Position numbers and translations under genes: made by a program
Part shown: positions 24,060 to 37,010 of the stretch, piece by piece
How positions within the stretch are numbered: position 1 is the stretch's first letter
Layout of the letters: every line of letters starts with the position of its first letter
Notes under the pieces: model-generated
The model's database searches: none
The model's input: the letters and a program-made list of their open reading frames with translations, nothing else
What the model was told of the DNA's origin: nothing
DNA from: Vicugna vicugna
Taxonomy: Eukaryota
Assembly (NCBI GenBank): GCA_013265495.1
Contig: MU059953.1
Span: 4,488,501 to 4,552,500, forward strand
Direction: 5' to 3'
Length of the DNA: 64,000 nucleotides

Positions 24060-25345
24060 TTTTAAAATTAATTAATTAATTAGTCTCCCCAGCTTTATTG
24101 AGGTATAAATGGCAAATAAAATTGTATGTATTTAACATGCACAAAGTGATGATCTGATGTATGTGCACACAGTGTGACATGATGACCGCAGTAGGGTAAT
24201 TAACACATGCGTCACCTCACACAGTTACTTATCTTTTGTATGATGAGAATGTTTAAGATGAATCTCTTAGAATATTCAAGCATAAAATGCAGTATTATTA
24301 ACTGTGGCTGTCAGCCTGAACATGAGATTCCCAGAACTTCAGCTTTTTGACTGAATCTTTGTACCCTCTGACAAATGTCTCTGCACTTCTCCCACCTGGT
24401 AACCACTGTCTACTGTCTGTTTCTGTGACTTCTACTTTTTTTGGCTTTAGATCCCGCACATAAGTGAGACCATACAGTGTGTGTCTTTGTCGGGCTTACT
24501 TCACTTAGCGTAACGTCTTCCAGGTCCATCCACGTTGTCATGGATGCCAGGACTTCCTTCTTCCTCACTCATTGTGAATAATACTCCATTCTCAACTGAT
24601 CGGTCATCTATCTACCTACCTACCTATCTCTCCATCCATCCATCATCTATACATCCATCATCTTCCATCCAGCCCTCCACCCACCTTTACCTGCCTATCT
24701 ATCTATCTATCCATCTGTCATCTACCTGCCTACCGCGTCTTTGCCCGTCCACGCATCAGCGGCGCTCGGGCTGTCTCTGCGTCTCGGCAGTGGGGAATGA
24801 TGCTGCAGTGAACATGGGAGTGCACGTGTCTCACTGAGACACTGACTTGGTTCCCTTTGGATACATACCCAGGAGTGCAATTGTTGGACCACAGGGTGGT
24901 TTTATTGTGAATTTTTTGAGGAAACTTCACACGGTTTTCCTCAGTGGCTGCGCCGATTTACACCCCTGCGCACAGGCACGAGGGCGCCCTCCGCCCCACA
25001 CCGCAGCAGCACTTGACCTCTCCTGTCCTTCTGATAAAAGCCGTCCTGGCAGGTGCGAGGCAACGCCTTGCTGTGGCTGTGACCTGTGCCCCCGGTGACT
25101 GCCGACCTTGAGCCCCTTTCGTGGCCTGTCAGCATCTGTGTGTCTTTTTGGAAGGATGTTTATTCCGGCCCTTTGCTCGTTTTGCAGTCGGCTGATCTGG
25201 TTTTTTGCTGCAGAGTTACTTGTGTTCCTAATACATTTTGCAAATTAACCCCTTATCAGATGTATGGTTTGCAAATATTTCCTTCTACTACGTACATTGC
25301 CTTTCATTTTCTTGACTGTTTCCTTTGCTGCGCAGAGGATTTTTC
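24060..25345 (-). mobile_element. L1MA/MB-like 3' end plus ORF2 C-terminal region
   Basis: Canonical antisense motifs: tttattgaggtataa, ttagatcccgcacataagtgagaccatacagtg, cccaggagtgcaattgttggacc, ttttttgaggaaacttcacacgg, aaccccttatcagatgtatggtttgcaaatattt. Confidence 0.9.
24603..24725. repeat. Mixed (TCTA/TCCA/TACC)n simple repeat inside L1
   Basis: tcatctatctacctacctacctatctctccatccatccatcatctatacatccatc... Confidence 0.85.
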
Positions 25346-25479
25346 ATAATTTTCTTTCTTTTTTCTGCCTTGTTTTGTTACCGTGGGGATGCTTGCCTCA
25401 CGAAAGGAGACAGTCTTTCCTCCTTTTCTAGTCTTTGCGGCACGTGAATGAAAACGGAAGCCCAGCAACTTACCTTTTT

Positions 25480-26790
25480 AAAGAAAATTGTCTTCCACGT
25501 GCGAGATTTCAAATACACTGGCACGAAATTTAAAACTTATTTTTGAGTCTTAATCACAGCTTATCAGTAATTCTTCTTTTTCATTTCTAATATTTCTTCA
25601 TGCCTTTTTTTCTGGATTAATCTGTATTTTTATCATCCTTTCTGAAGAGCTGTCTTTCTGATTCTTCTGTTTCTCTCTGTTGCCTCTTTATTTACTATTT
25701 CCATAAGTTTTACCTTTATGATTACTTTTTGTTTCTCCTTGGTTTTACACTGATCTGTATTATGTAAATTCTTATATTGCATTCTTAGCTCACTCATTAA
25801 AAACCTCTCTTATTTTCTAAAATAAATGTTTAATATTATAAATTCTTTATAATATCCCCTTCATCTGCTTTCCACAGATTTTCCTGTATAGCTCTTTTGT
25901 TGTCATTCAGTCCTCCGTATTTATAATCTCCATTAAATTTCTTCCAGACCCATGAATTATTTAAAAGTGTTATTTGGTTTCCGAATGTATGGGTGCATTT
26001 TAGCCAGCTTTAAAATTTTATTTCTAAATTCACTGTGGACCGCATGTTTTCCAATCCTTGGTATTTTTCAAGACTTCCTTTGTGATCCATTATGGGTATA
26101 TTCAAATTTTAAAAACATATTTTATGTGTTTGAAAAGAATGTGCAGTCTGTCTTGTGGGGGCCCAGGCCATCTCTCTCCACCGCTTGTCTGCTTACATCC
26201 CGCAGCTCAGCCACGGCGCTTCAGCCTTTTCTACTCTTACTGATACTTTGAAAGCTTGCTTTTCTGTGAGGACGAGAAGCATGCTCAAAGGGTTTATTCC
26301 AGCCGCAGATCTGTCAGCTTCTTGCATTTCTGTCAGTTTCCGCTTTGTGTGTGTTGAGGCTGTCTTAGCACCGGTGTGTGCTGACGATTGCTCATCTTAG
26401 AGGGTTATTGCTTTTATTATTAAAATGATTTTAATTCCTGATATTACCTTTTTCCTTAAAATCTTCTGTCTGATGGTCATGAAGCCACTCGCACTTCCTC
26501 TGGCTTAGCGACGGCCTGCTGCTCCCCATCTCTTCACTTTCAGCTTCTCTGTTTGCTTGCATTTGGGGTGTTCCTCTCGGGGAGCGTGCGCAGCTGAGCA
26601 CTGTGTGACCCGTGTGTGGAACAAGCACGATTTATGCTGAAATCAAAGCAGGACTTGAATTTTGCTCCCTGTCTCTTTAAAGTGTGTTTGTTGGTGGTCA
26701 TCTTACACAGCTGCCACTCGAAGTCCTTAAACGCGTCTCAATTCAGAAATCCAATCAGCTCAGCTTAGCTATTAATCAAAACTTCTATAT
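25480..26790 (-). mobile_element. Old L1M ORF2 5' (endonuclease-adjacent) fragment
   Basis: T-rich antisense L1 sequence. tttgaaaagaatgtgcagtctg parallels 13430-13460. Confidence 0.7.
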
Positions 26791-27489
26791 TCACTTACCA
26801 CCCACCACCCTCACCCCCGCCGAGCCTCTGTGGTTGGTGGCTGGCATTCCTCAGGGAGGTGCAACCCCCGGCCCAGCTGGAGCGGGTGGAGGGGGCAGGG
26901 CAGTGGGGAGTGTTTCTGCTTTGCAGGTCTAGCAGGGGTTTGAAACTGTCCTGGTGGGGCCTTTCGGGGTTCTTCACTGTGGCCTCTGGCCTCACTGGTG
27001 CTCTGTGCTGGACCTCAGGGGTGAGCACCTCCGGCTGCCTCTGCCCAGATCCCCTGCTGCTCAAGGTCCTCAGACACTTCAGATGGTCCTCTGGGACAGG
27101 ACCTGAAACCGCCTGTGTGTGTGTGTGTGAGTATCTGTTTCTGGCTTCTGTCTGTCTCTCACCCCCGTCTCCCTTCTCCCAGCCCCTCTCTTTTGCACAG
27201 CCCACAGCTGGTCCAGGAGAACAGCTCGTGCCCAACAAAACCGGCCTGCGGAAGCCTCCTCCACGAAGCAGCCCTCTCTTCACGCTCCGGCTCACGCGGC
27301 TGACCTGAATCTCTGTCTGGGGCAGGAGGAAGTCAGCGCAGCATCACACGTGCGCCAGGCTCCCGGAGGCACAGCTGAGCCTGCTCTCTTGGCTTCAGGA
27401 AGGCGTGAACTCTAAGAACAGCTTTGACCAAAGCTTGTTCCACAAACCCACACTCTCTCCATCTTTTGGTTCTCCCTATGTTTTTGAGC

Positions 27490-29200
27490 TCTAAGGCAGT
27501 GTGGGCTGGTCCCCAACCATTTCCTTTGTGAACCTGACACTTTATTTAGGATTTTCACTTCCATTTATCTTGGTGTCCAATCAAAAGTTCAATTTTAGGG
27601 TCTGTCTGATTAAGAAAAAACTGTCTTTAGAAAGGCGATTTAATTCATTTACATTTATTGTGGTTGCCGACTCATTTGGGATTATTTCCAGCATTGTTTT
27701 TCTGTTTTCTGTTCAGCATTATTCTTCGTGTTTCTTTTTCTCTTTAATGACTTCATTAGGTTGAATGCTTTATTTCCCTGTTCCCTGCTCCGCCATTTGA
27801 AAGGTAAACATTTTGTATCTGTTCTTTTAATGGCTACCTATAACTTTTTAACAACTGATTTTGCTTTGTAGTTTCAAGTGAATTTGATAGTTAACTCTAA
27901 ACCCTCTTCACAAAGAAGATCGGAAACCAGGAGCATGTTAACTGACCCCTGAACTTCCTGCTTCCTATTGTCCACATTATTATTTAGAATTTTAGTTCCT
28001 GGTGTTTTTCTAATAAATATTTTTACTATTATTTTTATATTTTATAATGAAGATTCAATATGGACTGTTTACTGTATTATTTAAAGTTCAGTACTTAATT
28101 GGCTAACACATTTTTTTTTTCTGATTTCTTTGCTCACTCTATTTTATTACACTCCTCTATTGGTTTTTTTTTTTTTTTTAGTTCATTTTTCTTTTTGTTA
28201 GAGCCCATTCTTCAGAAGTTAATTCAAGGGTCTATACCAGTGATTGCTAGACTTCTCTGCATGTTAGAAAAGTCCAAAGCCTGGGCCAAGCCCTGTCTCA
28301 ATGCAGTTGTAATCTCTGGGGATGGAACAGGGACATCAGCATTTAAGAAACTTCTGAGGTGATTCCAACATACAGACAAACTTGGAGACCACTGGTCTAA
28401 GCACAGGAATGCCCTTAACTGTTGTGTGTCTACACAGTTCCCTTGAGCCCAGGATTCTCAGTTGATGGTTATTTTTCCTTAGCGTTTGGAGTTGTTACTT
28501 CAGTTTTGGCATCTGTTTGCATGGATGAAACCTCTGTTGCTTACCTGTCATTTCTTTCCAATGTTTTAAATAGTTTAGTTTTCCCCCTGATGTTTCTCAG
28601 CATGTGTCTATACCTGGATTCCTCAAAAAACTGAATCCTTCTCCTCTCTAAGTGAACTTTAATTCGAGGACTCAGATATTTCTTCTATTATGGGTAACTC
28701 TGTGCTGTTGTCTGCTGAAGTGCTCCCACTAACCCGTCTTTATTTTCTCCTTCTGGAACTGCTGCTAGATACAGCTTGGGTTCAACATCCTTCGTGTCTC
28801 TGAACTGATTTTTCAGCTCTCTGCTCTGCATCTGAGTGATGGTCTTACTTCTGTTTTCTAATTCATTGGTTCTCTCTTCTATTGTATCTATTAATGTAAC
28901 AAAATGTAAGCCAAATCTATTGGTTTTGTTTGTTTCAATGTTTTCCAGTTCTGTGACTCCCAAATGAATCCTTCTTAATCTTGAAATTTCTGTTCACAAT
29001 TAGTGGTTGTTATTCCTTCTATTTCTGTAAATTCTAACAATTTGATTTTAAAGTCCTTTTAAAATTGCTTCATTTCCTCCTTATTTCATTAGGTATGAAT
29101 TTTCCCAAGATTTGGTTCTATTAACTGTGTCTGATGGAAATAGATTTTGTCAAGTGTTTTATGATTTTTATTGGAAAGTTCACCTTGCCTGGGAGTTTTC
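27490..29200 (-). mobile_element. Old L1M, ORF2 start through ORF1
   Basis: Minus ORF 28688-28963 gives IDTIEERTNELENRSKTITQ...LYLAAVPEGENKDG...TAQSYP, matching the L1 ORF1p coiled-coil/RRM junction (EERISELEDRS...IIGVPEGEE...IAENFP). Confidence 0.8.
28238..28394 (+). mobile_element. MER5A-like hAT-Charlie element inserted in L1
   Basis: Ends gcatttaagaaacttctgaggtgattccaacatacagacaaacttggagaccactg, like the MER5A 3' terminus. Confidence 0.65.
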
Positions 29201-29229
29201 CCTCCTGCAAATTTGTGTGTAATTAAAGA

Positions 29230-29985
29230 ATAAGAAAACAAACATCAGTGAAAGATAAAGGTTAGTATCTAAAATCCTTATTAAGAGAAGGGCTCTTGCA
29301 AGTAATAAAGAGCTAAGTTTCCAAGAAATTCAAAGCAATGTCATAAGCAGATCATCTATTACAGAAAATGTTTAATAAACTACCCAAGTATGCAACCTCA
29401 CTGGTAGTCAACAAATGCAAATTAAATTAACAATGAGTTTTATTGTCACCCATTAAATTACAAAAAAGTGAAGAGATTTAATGCCGGGGAAGGTTTTATA
29501 AGACAGAAACACTTTCATGCTGGTGAGAGTTTAACTTTTCAGGGAAGCAGCCTAAAAACATAATAAAAGGACTTTCTGATTTCCTGAGCACTTACTACGC
29601 ACTGAGCTAGATGTGAGCTAAGCATATTACAGGCAGGAGACACACTTATCAAGAAAAAAGTTGCTTTATTTTGGTGACTTTTATAAAAGCCCAACTATAG
29701 GAGGACAGTTGATTAAATTATGGTACATTTTGCTTCCAAGGAATTTTCTTGACAGGAGGAGAACTCTTAAATACAGAATTTTAAAACGAAATAAGCAAGC
29801 TCAACAATGAAAAAAGCATGCATAGAACATCATTCTGGACAGAAATATACACATATGTCAAGAGGAATTTCTTTTGGTCAGATTCAAGGCGATTGTTTTA
29901 TGTCTCTTTGTACTTTTATGTGCTTTCCAAATTTTTTGCAATGTGACATTATTGCTTCAGTCAACCTAAAAACGATGGAAAGCAG
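29230..29985 (+). mobile_element. Ancient L1ME-like 3' fragment
   Basis: A-rich sequence: aaatgcaaattaaattaacaatgag, gattaaattatggtacat, tgtacttttatgtgctttccaaattttttgcaatg. Confidence 0.65.
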
Positions 29986-30282
29986 GGCTTTAAGCAGTTA
30001 ATGTTTTACAGATAGGTAAGTTTTTTTTTAACCAGGCTGAGGCCAGTCTCTTGAACTGAGATGGCTAACTGGTCTCCTAGCCCCTTCAACCTGCAGGTAG
30101 TGGTCCCTCTCCACATGAGTCTGTATCACAGTTTCCTGGCTCCCCTTCCTCTTGGGCACATCTGTTGAAAATGATGTTCTGTTTCCTTGGGCAGCTGATT
30201 CCTTTGGGCAGCTCTGCCTGTTAGGAAGTCCCTTCCTTCCTTCCTTCCTTCCTGTTTGTTTTTCTCTTTTTCCTTTTCTGAA

Positions 30283-30394
30283 GGGGGGGTAATTTGGTTT
30301 ATTTATTTATTTATTTAATGGAGGTGCTGGGGATTGAACCCAGGACCTTGTACATGCTAAGCATGTGCTCTACCCCTGAGCTACACCCTCCCCC
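30283..30394 (-). mobile_element. Camelid tRNA-Ala-derived SINE (Vic-1-like) with (TAAA)n tail
   Basis: Reverse complement reads GGGGAGGGTGTAGCTCAGGGGTAGAGCACATGCTTAGCATGTACAAGGTCCTGGGTTCAATCCCCAGCACCTCCATTAAATAAATAAATAAATAAACC. Near-consensus A box and intact B box (GGTTCAATCCC). Confidence 0.9.
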
Positions 30395-30535
30395 ACCCCT
30401 TGGACATTCTTTAAGTTGCACTGTAGAAGTGCGTCTGGTGACATCACACATTGACCTCACTGTGAATCTGCCTCCCAGGGCTCCCTGGGTCTGGGCCATA
30501 GCAGGGTCTGTGCTCGTTTATATCTGAAATGTGCT

Positions 30536-30760
30536 CAGTGTTCTGCTGGATGCTGACCAGGGTCATTTTGGCCCCCCAGGGGACATTGGCATTGTCTGGG
30601 AACATCACTGGTCGTCAGAACGAGGGGGAGGGAGTGTGCTCCTGGCCTCTAGTGGATGGAGGTCAGGGATGATGCCAAACCTCGTCCAGGGCGCAGGACA
30701 GGCACACACACAGAGCTATCTGACCCCCAGTGTCCGTGGTGCCAAGGTTGACAGATCTTG
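30536..30760 (+). mobile_element. MER20 (hAT-Charlie) DNA transposon
   Basis: ttttggccccccaggggacattggcattgtctgggaacat...ctggcctctagtggatggaggtcagggatgatgccaaac...gtgccaaggttgacagatcttg follows MER20 colinearly. Confidence 0.9.
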
Positions 30761-31379
30761 AATTTAAAAGGTATTTAAAAGTTCTTGTTTCCCAAATCCA
30801 TACACTTTAAAAATTGTTTTTCATTTTTTGTACACAAAAAGTACTATCAATACTTTATGCCAACACTTCACACTTAAATTGATTTTTTCTGCGAATCATT
30901 CTTAAACTTCAAAATGTCCCTTATTAATAAGGAAAAATAACGTTAAACTACTGCTGACTCTCTGGTAAGAGGCAGCATAGGTTCTAAGGGCAGAAGGAGT
31001 GAAGTGGCCCACCTGGGAAGTCATCCCAGAGTCGGCAGTCCTTGGACTCGGGAGCGAAGGCTCTGGGGGCCACCTGCCATGCCGAGATGCCCTTCAGCAA
31101 ACAGCGCTGAGTGCCTCACCCTCACTGGCTGGCCCACCCCGCAGAGAATCATCAGGGTGGATCCAGAGCATGCTCACGCAGGAGATTCTCCTGCAAGGGG
31201 CAAAGTGAAGACAGATGCTCTGTCTTTGTTCAAAACAGTAACACATGAGAATCTGCCTAATTTACGTCATTTTGCGTTTCCGTTAGCAACACCCTCTACA
31301 TGAAACCAGAAGTGGGTTTGAGACATCTTAGGGTGGCTCCTTGGTCCTATTCCAGGGGTCAGGGAGATGACTTGGCCAC

Positions 31380-31530
31380 ATGAAGAGCCCGTGGGAATCA
31401 GGACTCCTGGGGCTAGCCACTAACCAGACCAGCCATGCGGCTCCGAGGGCTCACTTCCTCTTGCAGACTCAATTTCTTTATCTGTAAAAACAAGAGGTTA
31501 TGTCAGAGCATCCTCTGGTTTCTTTATGCC
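31380..31530 (+). mobile_element. MIR-family fragment
   Basis: tcacttcctcttgcagactcaatttctttatctgtaaaaac resembles the MIR core. Confidence 0.5.
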
Positions 31531-32369
31531 TCTAAAATGCTAAAGTTTTAAGGCTTTGTCTCAAAGACAAGACAAGCACTGGCGACAGCCCTGTGGTTCA
31601 CTTTATAAATTAATCCTTCACCACTCTTTCCTCTTTGCCTTTGGAAATGGACTCAATTTTCTTTCTGTAGTGTTTCTTTCACAAGAGCAGCTTGACTCAC
31701 TAGTTAATGTGAGTTTATTTGGGATGATTTTAGAAGGAAAAACAAGTTCAAAGACTTGTTTCATAGGAAATGAAACCAGAAGTTAGTTGCATTTAGATGT
31801 TGAAAATAAATGTATAAGCGAAAAGGTATGGCACATTTTTCTCCTACCCAGTGTTTCTTTTTAAAAAAGATACTTCAAAATAAAAGAGTTTGAGCTCTTC
31901 ACATTTGGTTGCTGCATTTTCATTTAATTAATAGCCGTCTGTGGCCATTTATCATCTGGTGAAGGAACCTAGCCAGGAAGTAACAGGGTGATCAGGAGAG
32001 CATTACTCCGCACATTGCCAGCAGCTTAGAACACGGCAGCTAAAGACGTCTGCGTCTGGCTGGCCCTTGATCTTTTCACGGGCCATTAGGGGTCATTTCC
32101 ACATGGTTCTTGCAGATGGAGGGAAAAGCTGGAAATACTAAAACTAGGAGTCTAACCAAGAAGGCAGAGCAGGGAATTGGTTATGGTTTGACTGAACTAG
32201 AACAGCCTTATCCCAGCTAGAAGCAAGTTCAAATTCACCATGGCGTGCAGGTCTAGGGAGCCGGCCTTCCTGCCTTCTGAGGTCCTTCCCAGCACTAACG
32301 ATGGCTGCAGTGACGTGGTGCGGAGTCTGTGGACCAGTGTTCAGGCTCCCTGGGGCTGTGTTGGGAGGG

Positions 32370-32947
32370 TGCCTTTGGCAGAACTCTAAGATAGCCCCCA
32401 GACCCCAGCCTGCTGCACACCCCCTGTGTAAGACGTGCCTATAGTGGATCTCACTTCCATGATTGTGTGGTTAAAGGCACAATTGCCCTTAAGAAGGAGA
32501 GACTACTGTGTGGATCCAACCTAAGCACGTGACCCTTGAAGTCTCTAGAGGTCAGAGACAGGAAGTCAGTGCATCAAAGCACGAGAGGGACCCTGCATGC
32601 GCTAGAGGGGGCTGCGTGGTGAGGGATGCGGGCTGTGCCTGTGAGGGGGTAACAGCTCCTGGCTGACAGCCAGCGAGAGAGCAGGGGCCTCCCCCCTGCA
32701 GCCACCAGGAGCTGAATTCTGACAACAACCTGAATGAACTTGGAAGTGGATCCTTCCCTAGCTGAGCCTCCAGATGAGAACACAGCCCAGCCAACACCCG
32801 GATTTCAGCCGCTGAGACCCAGTGAAGAGAACCAGTCACACTGTGCATGGGCTTCTGTCTACAGAGCTGTGAGCCAGTAACGGGAGTGTTTCAAGCTGAT
32901 ACGTTTGCAGTAATTTGCCATGTGGCCATGAAGAACAGTAAGTACCA
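32370..32947 (+). mobile_element. MLT1 (MLT1F/G-like) MaLR solo LTR
   Basis: Starts ggcagaactctaagatagccccc. Internal gagctgaattctgacaacaacctgaatgaacttggaagtggat and gagcctccagatgagaacacagcccagcc. Ends with the MLT1-type tail. Confidence 0.85.
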
Positions 32948-33719
32948 GGCTGAGTGAGTCCAAGTGGTGGTGTTAGCGATGGGATGGAGATGCCATCTGC
33001 ACATACAAATGTCATCCCCTTACAGAAATCTTAGCATCTTTAGTGCAAGCAGTTCTCCATCCTCTCCAGCGTGGTACAATCCACTCTGCACTGTAAAGCG
33101 GGAGACAGCCCCGGACTAGAGATGGGAGGACGTGGGTTCTACTGTTTTCTGCTTTGCAGTTGCCTGGGGGCGCTTGACCAAGTCGCTTTACACTGGGGCT
33201 GCAGTTCCATCCTCTGCGTGAAAGTGCCTGAATTAGATGCTGTTGAAAGTCTAAGAGGCTCATAGGATCTGTTGTGGTTTTGTGATGGCTCACGTCCCAC
33301 CCTCCCTAGGAGGTTAATGAGTCTGTGCCTGAGCACCTGGGGCAAAGGTGTTGGCAGCTCCCCCGACAGGTGCTGGCCTTGTACTGAACATAAGCCAGTT
33401 ATTGTCCCAGACGTTATGAAATGTTCAAAGTTGCATTCTGAGAACATTCTTAAAGTTTGTAAAGTGGAAGGGGCCGGGTCAAAAATAGCACATGCTGGCG
33501 CATCAGGTGAAATTACTCAAACGGGGCCTTTTAATCTCCCGGCTCATTCCTGGGACGTGCTTGCTCTGCAGCAGAGTGAGCGGCAAGGGCTGTGTGACCC
33601 GGGGTGGCCCCTCCTGCCCATCCCGGCCAACCAGTGCTTTGCACTGGAGTCCCTGCTGGCCAGACAGGAGTGGGTCAGACGTGAAAGGAGTCACCTGACG
33701 CTTCCGTTATCTCTAGACC

Positions 33720-36700
33720 TGGTTCCTGGATATAAGACTGTCAACTATTTGTGTTTGAAATATCTCCTCCCATGTTGTGTGGTTTGGCTTTTCACTCTTA
33801 AAATTTTTTTTTTGATCAACGGAAGTTTTCAATTTTAATGTGGTCCAATTAGTCAGTCTTGTCTTTTATGGTTAATACTCTCTGCGTGTTGCATAGGAAA
33901 TAGTTGTCTTCCACACGTTTATGAGCACATTTGCTTATATCGTCTAAAGGCTCTTCTGATTTCCCATTCTGATCCACAGTCTGTCCAGAATTCATGTCTT
34001 TGTACCGTGTGAGCTGTAAGTCCAGATTAACTTTTCTTTGCATGAATATCTAATTGACCAGCATTGTTTATTTAAAAGGAAAGTCTTTTTCCATTGCTAC
34101 GTGGAGTTACCTTGGTCATCAATCAGGTGTCTGTGTATGTGTCAGTCTCTTCCTGGACTCTCTGTTATGTTCCATTGTTTTTTCCCCCCATCCTTGTGTC
34201 AATACGACTAAATTAGCCACCATAGCTTCATTGTGTCTGGTACTGTAAGTTCTCCAATTTTATTCTTCTTCAATATTGTCTTCAATATTGGATGGTCCTT
34301 GGCACATCCATATACATTAAAAAAAATCAGCTTGTTCAGTTTCTCACCAAAATCATGTTGGGGTTTTGATTACAATCACATTGGATCTATAGATCAAAGA
34401 ATGGACATCTTCACAATATGGAGACTCTTAGTCTAGGAACGTGGTACACCTCTCCATCGGTCTGGGTTTTCTCTAACTACTTTCGATAATACAGAGTTCT
34501 TTCCAGATATCTTAGAGTATTAAATGTTATTGTAAATTGTAGCGTCTTTATTTCAAATTCAAATTGCTTGTATCCAGTTACAAATAAAATTGGTTTTGTT
34601 CACTTAGTGATTTAGTGCACTTAGTGATTTTGCCAAATTTGCCTATTGGTTCTAATTGTTTAGAGCTTGTAGAATAATATTTTTTTCTTTAAATACACAT
34701 CAATCGTCTGCAAATCATGTCAGCTGAATTTCTCTATTTCCAGCTATTATACCTGTTATATCTTGTTTTATTCTCAGTGAGAATATATTCTTACATTAGT
34801 TTATGGGCTATGACTCGAACTTACAGCATAAAGTTGAATGAGAGTGGTGATCGCCAACATCTTTTTTCCCCCATGTTTTCAGTATTTCACCATTAATTAT
34901 ACTGTTTGCTAGAGCTTTTCTGTAGAAGTTGTCTATTAGATTAAGACAGTTCCTTCTAATATTAGTTTGCTAGTAAAAATTTTTTATTTTGAAATAAAAT
35001 GTTTGTAATATTAATAAAATATTTTGCAATATAAATTTTTATTATGAATTGGCATTCAATTTACAAGTACTTTAAAAACATTTATGAGATGATCTTAAAT
35101 TTTTTTCTCCTTTAATATATGTGGTGAGTCAGCACCCTTGCATTCTTGGAAGGAAAGCAACTTGGTCATGGTGTACTATCCTTTCCATATATTGCTGGAT
35201 TCTATTTACTAATATTTTTATTTAGAATTTTGATGAGATTAAAGTTTTCATTTTTCTTTAAAAAAGTAAGAATGCTTCATAACAGTGTGTATTTTGATCA
35301 AAAGGCATCAATTTTGGGTGTTGTGTTCTATTTGTGATATTAGAACCATTAATTCTGCAATCACTGCCTAGCTCCATTACTTCAACGGTTTGGGGGGATG
35401 CAAAATTGTTACATTCTAATTCTATTATTTCTTCTTCAATGATCAGTGTAATACATACGTGAAGAAAACTTCCCCTCATCAGCTTTTCTTCCCCTGATAC
35501 GGCTCATACAGGAAAGACAGGATACATGTTTTACTGTTTTTCTTTATTGCCAATTTTCTAAGTAAGTAATGAGTTGGCTTCCGGCATCCTACAGAGCTGA
35601 CCAGTAAGACTTCTTTACTAGTATAATTATGAATTCATTGATATAAACTGTGAATGTGTTTCAATCTATTTCAGTTGTTATCCATACTCGAGCTCAAATT
35701 GTCCCATCTTTGGCCAACAGGAGCCTTTTCAAGTTGAGTCCTAGACTGTTGACAGATCCTAGTACTATTTGATACTTTTCTTGTTTCGGTATGATAAAAT
35801 GTGCCAGGATCACCCTGTGTTTCCCTGCAGCCCCTTCCTCAAGGAGCTTTGGTCCCTTTTAAAAGGAGATGGTGTATAGAGAACAACATCCAGGCTTTAG
35901 GGGTGCTCATTGCTACCATGTTTTTCCTGACTCCTGGGCCTTTCAAATGGACAGGCTAGGAAATGAAAGTTTAAAAAGACAAAATGCATCTAGCATTAAA
36001 TAATTTTCCTTCCAACTCAAATTTAGGACTATTACAATTTACTAAGCTTACTTGATCCATGTGTATCTCCTTTCTCCAAAGTGAAAAATTCTGGTTCTTC
36101 ATGACACCAAAGTAGTCACTAATTTGTCTTGTCCTATGATACACCCCCCCCACCTCAGGATGACAATACCAACATCAACTAGCAACAATACAGTTACTGA
36201 AAGTAGGTTAATCTGTGTGCGTGGGTCCCTGGGGCATATCCCATTAGAGGTGGACAGTCAAATCCCTGTGTTTAGAAGTCACATTGAGTACTTGCTCTAT
36301 GCTTGTTTTCTCACCAACCTGACACACAGGCAGTTTCATGTGCTTCATTTTGCTTTAGATTTTCGAGAGTTGCTTTTTAGGTGATTTTTGGTGTTAAAAT
36401 TATTTACATGCTTCCTAAGTCAGAACTTTAACACAGTGGTATATTCACAGAAGTACAGCTTCTACCCTGTCCTTATATCTTATCCCTTCCGTCCTCCTCT
36501 AGGTAATTTTGTGGAAATTTGTTTTATCCTTCCATTTAAAATATAAGCAAACACATGTATATTTTAATATTCTCCTATTTTTCCCAATATATAATAACCT
36601 ACCATATATGGTTATCCATCATGAGTTTTTCACTTAACAATATGTCCTAGAGATCAAACCATAGCAGTCTACAGATATATTCATTCCTTTTTATGGGTGT

Positions 36701-37010
36701 ATAATACCCCGGTGTATAGACACACCATAGCTCATTTAATTAGCCCCCTTTCGATAGGCCTTTGTTTCCAGTCTTTTGCAATTATAACGAGTGTCACAAT
36801 GCTTAGTCTTATGCATGTATGTTTGTGTGTTCTTTGCAGTGTATCTTTTGGAATGTTTCTTTCTAGAGCTGGAGTTACTGGGTCAAAGGGTAAATGAATT
36901 TGCAGTTTTGCTAGGTATTTTGAGATCCCACCCACAGGAGAACATGCATGTTTATTCTCATCTGCAGTGTGTGAGGGTGACTGTCTCCCCATAGCTTTGA
37001 CAAAAATATG
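33720..37010 (-). mobile_element. Old L1 ORF2 (33.7-35.3 kb) and L1MC/MD/ME-type 3' UTR fragments (35.3-37.0 kb)
   Basis: Antisense motifs ttttaatgtggtccaattagtcag, ttggatctatagatc, gagagtggtgatcgccaacatc, aaattgtcccatctttggcc, ggagttactgggtcaaagggta. Confidence 0.8.

Noticed and set aside
30320-30394. tRNA-Ala(AGC)-like cloverleaf on the minus strand
   Set aside because: The D and T arms pair but the anticodon stem is broken. It is followed by a (TAAA)n tail and a second copy exists at 3100-3171, so it is a SINE, not a tRNA gene.
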